Source: a virus (taxonomy: Duplodnaviria > Caudoviricetes). From it: a stretch of 64,000 bases of DNA. The stretch covers positions 64,001 through 128,000 of IMG/VR virus record IMGVR_UViG_3300020048_000007; one strand, given 5' to 3'. Shown here in pieces: positions 57,155-64,000 of the stretch; the first letter of the stretch is position 1; every line of letters starts with the position of its first letter. A model generated the notes under the pieces. That model saw only the letters and a program-made list of their open reading frames with translations. It searched no databases and had not been told where the DNA came from. The translations under genes were made by a program, and so were the position numbers.

Positions 57155-59028
57155 GGGAAGTTTATTTTTATTCTTTTTTCGGAAGGACTGTATTTCATTA
57201 AATCGCCTTCGATTCCGAAGTTCTTTTTGGCCCATTCGTTAATGTTTTTTAAGCCTCTGAGGTATACTGCTTTCATCGACGGGTTGGCAAAATCTGATGG
57301 TTCTGGTGTTTGGTAACTACCGTCTCGTTGTTTAGCAGCTTTCTTTATGAGGTTGTTGAGCTTCGCTTGATCGGGTTTGGCTAGGTCTGTTATATAGTTC
57401 TGTGCTTTTTCAGCGAAGTTTTGCTTTTTGGTGTCTGATGATTCTGTGTCTAATTGTATTGGCTTTTCTGGAGCTGCTGGTGGCTTTGGTGCTGGTGGCT
57501 TTGGTGCTGGTGGCTTTGGTGCTGGTGGCTTTGGTGCTGGTGCTGCTGGTTCTTGAGCAGTCGGTTCAGGCTCAGGCTTTGATTTATCAGCTGGGGCTAC
57601 CGGAGGATTTGGAACATAGTATTTCTTCGTACGGTGCAGAAAAGCCTGTAGTGTGTATAAATCCTCAAATTGGTTGCTTATTGACTCGCTAGAAGCTTCT
57701 GAATTAGCACGCCTAAAATCCTGAATCATAAAATAGCGTGGGGGACCTTCCCTCAGGCGTGCGATAGGTGATTCGGCACGCCCCATCGGATATCCGTAGC
57801 CAATCTTATTATGCATGCGTCCATGCTCGTAATAGTAGTTCACTAACGGAATCCCGAGATAACTCAATGGAGTATAGCCAACACTCTCCAACCACTCTAC
57901 GCTTTCTGACGGTATAGCTGATAGTTGGATCTTCCCACCAGAGGTCTGCTTTAAGCTTTTACCGTACTGTGTATTATCGTATACCTCTTCTTCTGATTTA
58001 ACATTGATATCGATCGCTTTACCTTGAGAAATCTTTTGCTTTAGCTCATCCCGTGCTTCTGAGAGACTTCCGGTGATGTCGTCTTTTTGATATTCTGGTA
58101 TATCACTGAATTCGTCTGGATCTTGGGTAGCTGAGTCTATTTTATCAGACAATTGTTGTGCTGCCGGTTCTTCTTGATCAGTCTGTCCTGCCATGGAAGG
58201 CATAGCAACAGGGTCAATGGGCTCGTCTATTGCTGGCTCATCTTCTGCTGGCTCATCTTCTGCTGGTGGTTCATCGCTTCTTGTTGGCTTATCGTCTATT
58301 GTTGGCTCATCGTCTATTGTTGGCTCATCGTCTATTGTTGGCTCATCATCTGCTGGCGGCTCATCGCCTACCGGTGGCTCATCAGCAGAAGGACCATCCC
58401 AAAAACCATTTGATTCATCATCAGATGGTCTATCTCCTGAGCCAGTTGTATCATCCGGTGATTGAGAAGAGTCAGGCTGAACCGGAGATCCCTGTTGCTC
58501 AGGTGTCTCAGGTGTCTCAGGTGTCTCAGGTGTCTCAGGTGTCTCAGGTGTCTCAGGTGTCTCAGCCTGTGGTTTACTGAGCTTACCCTTTATGTAAGAA
58601 AAAACATTATCAATTTGCTCTGGTCTACCTGCAGTTAGAGTACCATCTTTAAGCTTCTTGGCCAAATACTCCTTTAAAATCTGCTCTCTCTCTTTAGAAA
58701 TCTTGCCAGCCAACGGTTTTTGCTGCTGATCAGGGTCATTCAGATCCCAAACCCAAGCCTTACGCACATTAAATAACACACCAGAGATCTGGAATTTCTT
58801 ATCAGCCAATTTCTTAACATAAACTCTAGCGGATATACCACCAACGAATTTTGATTCTGCTGGCAATCTAGTCCCGACATCAGAAAAAGTGAAGACAGTC
58901 TGATCACCTTCTTGTACAATGTGATCATAAAACTTTGTCTCTTCATTTATAGGAATGTCGCCTATAAACAAGTTCTCAGAGAACGTCAGAATAATATCGA
59001 TGGCGGAGTGCAGATTCGAAAGCTTCAT
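57151..59028 (-). CDS. Pro/Glu/Asp-rich protein with several VNTRs; candidate head-internal protein
   Basis: Start MKLSNLH at 59028 (GAGGG RBS, TAAATATA at 59047-59054). Confidence 0.65.
   Translation of the reverse strand: MKLSNLHSAIDIILTFSENLFIGDIPINEETKFYDHIVQEGDQTVFTFSDVGTRLPAESKFVGGISARVYVKKLADKKFQISGVLFNVRKAWVWDLNDPDQQQKPLAGKISKEREQILKEYLAKKLKDGTLTAGRPEQIDNVFSYIKGKLSKPQAETPETPETPETPETPETPETPEQQGSPVQPDSSQSPDDTTGSGDRPSDDESNGFWDGPSADEPPVGDEPPADDEPTIDDEPTIDDEPTIDDKPTRSDEPPAEDEPAEDEPAIDEPIDPVAMPSMAGQTDQEEPAAQQLSDKIDSATQDPDEFSDIPEYQKDDITGSLSEARDELKQKISQGKAIDINVKSEEEVYDNTQYGKSLKQTSGGKIQLSAIPSESVEWLESVGYTPLSYLGIPLVNYYYEHGRMHNKIGYGYPMGRAESPIARLREGPPRYFMIQDFRRANSEASSESISNQFEDLYTLQAFLHRTKKYYVPNPPVAPADKSKPEPEPTAQEPAAPAPKPPAPKPPAPKPPAPKPPAAPEKPIQLDTESSDTKKQNFAEKAQNYITDLAKPDQAKLNNLIKKAAKQRDGSYQTPEPSDFANPSMKAVYLRGLKNINEWAKKNFGIEGDLMKYSPSEKRIKINFP
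57479..57538. repeat. Perfect 15 bp x4 (APKPP)
   Basis: GGTGGCTTTGGTGCT x4. Confidence 0.9.
58499..58561. repeat. Perfect 9 bp x7 (ETP)
   Basis: TCAGGTGTC x7. Confidence 0.95.
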
Positions 59029-59056
59029 AGTATTCCCTCTATAATTTATATTTATG

Positions 59057-59923
59057 TCACATCCGGGCTTCATCAATTAATTGTCTGTAGCTGTTAGTGA
59101 AGCAATGGATGTTTTTGGATTCAAACACTCTGTCCTTAGAGTAACCACCACTCTGGCCCGGCTCATAACCACCATGGGTCGTCGCCATCCAATCATCATC
59201 GCTCATCCCGCCATCGTTTGATTTATCATCCGTCTTTATATCAGGTTCTCCAGTATGGCGTTGATTTGATTTTGTGACTTTGAAGTCGACACCTCGCTTT
59301 TTGAAATACTTTTGGATTTTCTCAAAATGTGTCTTATCATTAACACTCCTATCAAAATCTCTAAGTGTTTCTAAATCACCAATATTGAAAATCTTCTCCA
59401 TAATATTAGAGAAGTTACCAACTTCTTGAAGAGCGCATAATCCATACTCTACATCATAATCGCAATATTCAATAATTTTCACGGCTAATTGCTGAGGACC
59501 CATATAGTTAGCAGCGTTTGTGAATAATTTAGAAAATACCCCGCCAAAAGCCTCATCCATACCATACAGACCTTCACCACCGACGGTACTTTCTATTAAC
59601 TTATCGAAATCATTCTTAAAGTATTTAGCTATATTAGCACCAATATCATTTACATCTAGATAAACGATTTCGTCGCTATCGTAATCTTTATGCTCTAATA
59701 CACCATTGGTCACTGGAATTTTAAAGCCGCCATATATATGAGCTTCTAAGATACTAGGAATCATATCCGGAGTACATTTTGTGATGTTCCTATTAACCAT
59801 CACTTTAGTAGCTAGCTCTTTAGCCGTCGCAACCGCTGCCTTTTGAAACAATCCTAGCGGATTGCCCATCGCAGCACCAATACCTTTTAGAATAGAACGA
59901 CGGCCAATGTTTTCACGAATCAT
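59057..59923 (-). CDS. Hypothetical protein with an N-terminal twin-arginine-like motif
   Basis: ATG at 59923 after AGGAG; MIRENIGRRSILKGIGAAMG. Confidence 0.65.
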   Translation of the reverse strand: MIRENIGRRSILKGIGAAMGNPLGLFQKAAVATAKELATKVMVNRNITKCTPDMIPSILEAHIYGGFKIPVTNGVLEHKDYDSDEIVYLDVNDIGANIAKYFKNDFDKLIESTVGGEGLYGMDEAFGGVFSKLFTNAANYMGPQQLAVKIIEYCDYDVEYGLCALQEVGNFSNIMEKIFNIGDLETLRDFDRSVNDKTHFEKIQKYFKKRGVDFKVTKSNQRHTGEPDIKTDDKSNDGGMSDDDWMATTHGGYEPGQSGGYSKDRVFESKNIHCFTNSYRQLIDEARM

Positions 59924-59956
59924 ATTATAGTCTCCTAAGTTATTTTTGTATACTAG

Positions 59957-59982
59957 AGTGGCCAAGAATACTCTTGGCCACT
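59957..59982. terminator. Stem-loop after nrdJ (no clear U-tract)
   Basis: AGTGGCCAAGA-ATAC-TCTTGGCCACT. Confidence 0.55.
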
Positions 59983-60002
59983 TCCTCCATCCTCACATTA
60001 AA

Positions 60003-62246
60003 TCAGACAGCACAAGAATCGCTATCGCAAAACTTAGATCCCTCTTCCTTACCATAGTAAGTAGAAAAATCTAAATCTTTCAATTGAGCATTGTAGTCCA
60101 AAACCTCTTGCTCAGAACACGGCTCATACGGAGCCTGAGCATAACCATGATTAGAATGAGGCAAAAAGCTAATGCTCTTCAACTGATCCTCATAGACCTC
60201 TAAAACACTAGCTATATCCTTAGCCTCATCAGCCTTAAACTTGACTGTCACAGACACTTGATTGTCTGCCCAATATCTCTGATAATCCACAGTATTTGCC
60301 ACCTGCTCCCAAATAGAAACCTCATTAGTAGGCTTCACTCTAGGATCAGACACAGCAAACTTAATGACCACAGTATTCACAGGATCAGTCACAGATGGCT
60401 CAACATGATAACCAGCATCCTTAAGAATCTGCACCAAAGGACTGTCGCTCTTCACACGAACACGACGCCAATAATGCTGAGCCTCAGGATAATGAATACC
60501 AGGAGTACAGCCAGTCAGCAAACTCACAGTGCCAGAAGGCTTCACACTCGTAATCTTGATGCTCTGCGGAATGCACAACCACTTGCTATAAACCTTATCC
60601 CACTGCTTAATAACGTTATAGCCCTCATCACAGAACTTGTTAAGCACTTCACGACGACCGAACTGCGCAAAAGCCTGAACAATACCACTCTGACTAAGAC
60701 CAATGCGGCGATTACGAAGCATAACCGCATTAGTGCGAGCAGAGTGAGTAGGAAGAAGAGTCACAGTCTTGGCGTAGAGGAAAGCGAACTTCAAAGTGCG
60801 CTTATAATCTTCATCGTCTTGATGCAAATTGGGGAACGACTCCACCAAACAGCAAAGCTCTGAGTCCTCTAACGATTGTTCTGCGCATGGATTACTCCCC
60901 ACTACCTCCCCGTCGATACCCTCTTTATAACCATCAATCATCCTACCAAAATTCCTACAATTTTCAAGCCATAGGAAGCCAGGCTCGCCATTAGTGGCAA
61001 TGTCCTTCTCATATTGCTTGTAAGGCATGCCGACCTTAGCAAAAACACTGTTATTGCTCGCCCAACGATGATTATTGAGCGCCGACCACTGTATAGTGCC
61101 TTGAGTAAGCAATTCGATTTCTTCTGTGGTAAGACTAGAAGTATCGAAATCGGAAACGTGCAAGTAAGCCACAGAATTGGTGGCTCTACCCCAAGCCATA
61201 CCCTCTTTTTCTTGGATCATTGACTTAATATTGTCTGGCATGAAAGCATAAGGATTTTTCAATGATGAGTACTCCTCATCACCAGCTTCTCCAAAAGCTA
61301 TCTGCGCTGTTCTACGAACATTGCCCGCCACAACGCACTTCCCGATATAATTCATAAGATCAACAATATCACCACTGCTTAATGTCTTGCCAATCTTCCT
61401 ATCCAAGTGGCTTCTAAACATTTGATGCATATCAGATAGAATGTTAGCTCCAGCAGCAGTACCACCAAACCCGCCGATTTGTGAACCAGCTGGTCTGATC
61501 TTCTCATAATTAAAGACCACTTCACCATTCCCAGCTTTTTTGGTGTACGAATGGAGCAAGGTCCTAAGTGAGTCAACCCAGCCTTCCCGGCTATCGTGAA
61601 CTTCGTATTCGACATATTTCGCTGAGTTTGGCCGTTGAATCTCTACTTGACCAGCACCTTTGGTGTCGAAACCGATACCGACTCCCAGCATACTCATATC
61701 CATCATGAAGCAGTACGGTTCGGCTGGGTCTGTATGGCGTTTCATGTCTGTGGATGTCATCCCACAGTTGTTCAAGGCGGCTGAACCTCTGGCGAACATG
61801 AAATCTGTGCCCATCATCCACAGACCGCGACCAGGTGGAAGGAATTTGAATGACCAAATTCTTTCGAACATTTCTTGGGCACTATCTTGTGCTCGCTCAT
61901 AGTCCCATGGGATGTGTATTGAGAGGCAGTGTCGTCGCTGGATTTCGTAGCATCCTTCTACTACTCTTTTTGCTACGTCTAGGAAGGATTCTTTCCCGCC
62001 TTCTGCTTTATCTCTGGAGTATGTGCGGTAGAATACGAATTCACCTAATCCGTTGAATCCGAAGTTTGGTTTCTTGTTATTATATTGTTCTAAAAATGTG
62101 CTTGTGAGCTTGAATGGTTTGCATTCTTTGTGGGCTGAACCAAAGTATGTTTCACCTATGTTGACTATTTTAGGCGTTGGTTTTAGTAGTTTACTGCGGG
62201 TGCTTGATTTTGATTCTGGCATGTTGGGTTCAACCACTATCGACAT
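60003..62246 (-). CDS. nrdJ: Class II (adenosylcobalamin-dependent) ribonucleotide reductase
   Basis: RTYSR, FLPPGRGLW, ALNNC, NPCAEQSL...CCLVE, TSVKPSGTVS. Confidence 0.93.
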   Translation of the reverse strand: MSIVVEPNMPESKSSTRSKLLKPTPKIVNIGETYFGSAHKECKPFKLTSTFLEQYNNKKPNFGFNGLGEFVFYRTYSRDKAEGGKESFLDVAKRVVEGCYEIQRRHCLSIHIPWDYERAQDSAQEMFERIWSFKFLPPGRGLWMMGTDFMFARGSAALNNCGMTSTDMKRHTDPAEPYCFMMDMSMLGVGIGFDTKGAGQVEIQRPNSAKYVEYEVHDSREGWVDSLRTLLHSYTKKAGNGEVVFNYEKIRPAGSQIGGFGGTAAGANILSDMHQMFRSHLDRKIGKTLSSGDIVDLMNYIGKCVVAGNVRRTAQIAFGEAGDEEYSSLKNPYAFMPDNIKSMIQEKEGMAWGRATNSVAYLHVSDFDTSSLTTEEIELLTQGTIQWSALNNHRWASNNSVFAKVGMPYKQYEKDIATNGEPGFLWLENCRNFGRMIDGYKEGIDGEVVGSNPCAEQSLEDSELCCLVESFPNLHQDDEDYKRTLKFAFLYAKTVTLLPTHSARTNAVMLRNRRIGLSQSGIVQAFAQFGRREVLNKFCDEGYNVIKQWDKVYSKWLCIPQSIKITSVKPSGTVSLLTGCTPGIHYPEAQHYWRRVRVKSDSPLVQILKDAGYHVEPSVTDPVNTVVIKFAVSDPRVKPTNEVSIWEQVANTVDYQRYWADNQVSVTVKFKADEAKDIASVLEVYEDQLKSISFLPHSNHGYAQAPYEPCSEQEVLDYNAQLKDLDFSTYYGKEEGSKFCDSDSCAV

Positions 62247-62397
62247 AGAACTGCTCCTGACCAGTCTCAGACTGGTTTTCTTGTTTGTACTCTAGGATAC
62301 CATCCTGGGATGCTTGAAAGCATCGACAGTGTAGCTACTGGGCCAGCGCCAATTAAAATTTTGAGGAGAATCGTAATATGCGACAACATAATTCCTA

Positions 62398-63105
62398 TCA
62401 TCCCTCGAGCGCTCTGATCACTACCTCTGAGCTATTATATAGCTCGAATATCCGTCTCCGACACAAATACATCGCAGCATCCGTAGGAAGCATGTCTCGC
62501 TCATGCGGGTGAGTGATCTCTAATGTATTCAAAATCGAAATAGCCGACTTATTTATGGATAGGAATTCTAATGATATTTTCTTCGCAAAAAATAGGGACG
62601 TCAAATTTGTAAAAGCCTGTTTAGTTGGCCTCTTTAAGAGATAGACCCTAACATCCGTAAGATTCAATGAATCCAAAAATTCAATAGTCGACTCAAGTCT
62701 TTTAATCATATGAATACTATTATCTGCTTCAGTCTTCAGTTTCTTATAACATATGGTCATCATATTTTGTTGGTGAAGGACTGCTAAACCTTTATTAATC
62801 ACTCCTAGTTCTTTAGCATGATTTATCGCGATATCGATAAATCTTTGGCATGTGTCTGGGTCGAAGTCCCATTCTTTGAATTTTTTGGTTATTGATTTTA
62901 TGAATCTCCATTGGTATGTCTTTGTGTGGTCTTTTGCATTTGGCAGCTTTAGCTTTATGCCTTGCCGTAGATATGATTCGAAACAGTATTGCCATACTTC
63001 CTGTTCTGACAGAACAATTTCGCATATCATTGGGCACCACCTATGTCTGAAAATCCTGAAGAATCGACAGTTCAACAACACACTGGCATTTTTGATGAAA
63101 ATCAT
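62398..63105 (-). CDS. Hypothetical protein
   Basis: ORF track; start probably MICEIV. Confidence 0.55.
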   Translation of the reverse strand: MIFIKNASVLLNCRFFRIFRHRWCPMICEIVLSEQEVWQYCFESYLRQGIKLKLPNAKDHTKTYQWRFIKSITKKFKEWDFDPDTCQRFIDIAINHAKELGVINKGLAVLHQQNMMTICYKKLKTEADNSIHMIKRLESTIEFLDSLNLTDVRVYLLKRPTKQAFTNLTSLFFAKKISLEFLSINKSAISILNTLEITHPHERDMLPTDAAMYLCRRRIFELYNSSEVVIRALEG

Positions 63106-63327
63106 CCAGATGTCTTAGAGGTATTTGGCAGCATGTGCGAACAAGTTAACATCAACACATCAATAGCCATTATACAAGACCCAACAGATGGCAAACCTAA
63201 GGTTTTTATACGAGGCCATCTATATGACGTCGGGCATTTAGTGACAAAAGTCGCAAACCAGATCAAAAAAGAGCTGATGCAGGGATTATCACTTCTCGTA
63301 ATAGTAATTGGTCTCTCTGGAATCTAA
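63043..63327 (+). CDS. Small hypothetical protein
   Basis: ORF track; 3' end overlaps the convergent baseplate gene. Confidence 0.45.
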   Translation: MSENPEESTVQQHTGIFDENHPDVLEVFGSMCEQVNINTSIAIIQDPTDGKPKVFIRGHLYDVGHLVTKVANQIKKELMQGLSLLVIVIGLSGI

Positions 63328-64000
63328 AACCACGATCTCATTGGTGCCAATTCTATTAACAGCAGTAGGACTACTTTCCGAAGCTATGGTAGGCTCCGAC
63401 AAGATATTATTGGCCGGACTAAACACATCTACATACAACACACCGTCCACACTCTGAATAGCCTCAACCAAGCTACTAATATAAAATGACTGGCCCATCT
63501 CCCAATTAGCGATATCGAAATACGCAGTAATCATCGCCTCTGTTTTTTCCTTCACTACAGACGCCTCAGCGCCTCTATTTAAAATGACATTAGCTTTCAA
63601 AGACACTTTTTTCATGCTACCATCATGAATAACAACAGTATCAGTCATCACATTCAGAGTATTCACATAGGTCTCAAGACCCTTCTTAAGACCAGCACTG
63701 GGGCTTGATAAGCCATTTGAACCCAGAGCCAGAATATAAAGATCAACAATGCTAGCTCTCAAACCAATCCTGGCTCCAGCAACAGCTTTAGCAACCGTTC
63801 CAAAAGCAGGATGTGAAAAAGACTTGGCAGCTTGAGCGTAATCAGCAGCTGTCACGATAGATCTTTGTAAAGCATAGTCTTTTGGTGCCCTTCTCTTTGC
63901 GTCCGCTAAACTCTCGCGATCAGTACCACCGACAGCAGCGGTAATGTTCCTGAATCTTACGGATACCGGCGCGCTAGCTGGAGGATTAGCTCTCATCTGC
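63289..64000 (-). CDS. Baseplate wedge protein (T4 gp6 / baseplate J-like), C-terminal part
   Basis: GGTDRESLADAKRRAP...IVTAADY; FDIANWEMGQSFYISSL; 5' end outside window. Confidence 0.8.
   Translation of the reverse strand, partial: QMRANPPASAPVSVRFRNITAAVGGTDRESLADAKRRAPKDYALQRSIVTAADYAQAAKSFSHPAFGTVAKAVAGARIGLRASIVDLYILALGSNGLSSPSAGLKKGLETYVNTLNVMTDTVVIHDGSMKKVSLKANVILNRGAEASVVKEKTEAMITAYFDIANWEMGQSFYISSLVEAIQSVDGVLYVDVFSPANNILSEPTIASESSPTAVNRIGTNEIVVLDSRETNYYYEK

Noticed and set aside
51125-62246. Inteins or introns in TerL, helicase or NrdJ
   Set aside because: Lengths and motif spacing leave no room; no intein or LAGLIDADG motifs seen
62247-62397. Canonical cobalamin riboswitch or NrdR box upstream of nrdJ
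   Set aside because: Conserved B12-box and NrdR palindrome not recognisable; kept only as an unclassified structured leader

Overview
A 64 kb segment of a large T4-like (myovirus-type, probably jumbo/'huge') phage genome, standard genetic code, mostly minus-strand. It holds the head-morphogenesis module in T4 order (TerS-like, TerL, portal gp20, a very large acidic core protein, prohead protease gp21, scaffold gp22-like, major capsid gp23), broken up by an adhesin cassette, free-standing homing endonuclease genes and glycan-modification genes. It also holds a gp55-like late sigma factor, a UvsW-like helicase, class II ribonucleotide reductase (NrdJ), a PHP-less DnaE, two metallophosphoesterases, a PD-(D/E)XK exonuclease, a >1790 aa Thr/Gly-rich fibre with RCC1 repeats (runs off the left edge), a gp6-like baseplate gene (runs off the right edge) and many small hypothetical genes. 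No CRISPR array, tRNA, rRNA, intein or reverse transcriptase was seen. The most unusual signal is non-genic: 0.5-2 kb patches of strong G+T versus A+C strand skew that ignore gene orientation and flip inside single ORFs. Other leads are a late-promoter-driven glycosyl/methyl/acetyl-transferase cluster beside the capsid gene, a sigma factor with a Cys4 insertion, and candidate capsid-internal proteins, one with a twin-arginine motif just behind a putative prohead-protease site. All family assignments come from motif recognition by eye, and all counts were made by hand on short stretches.
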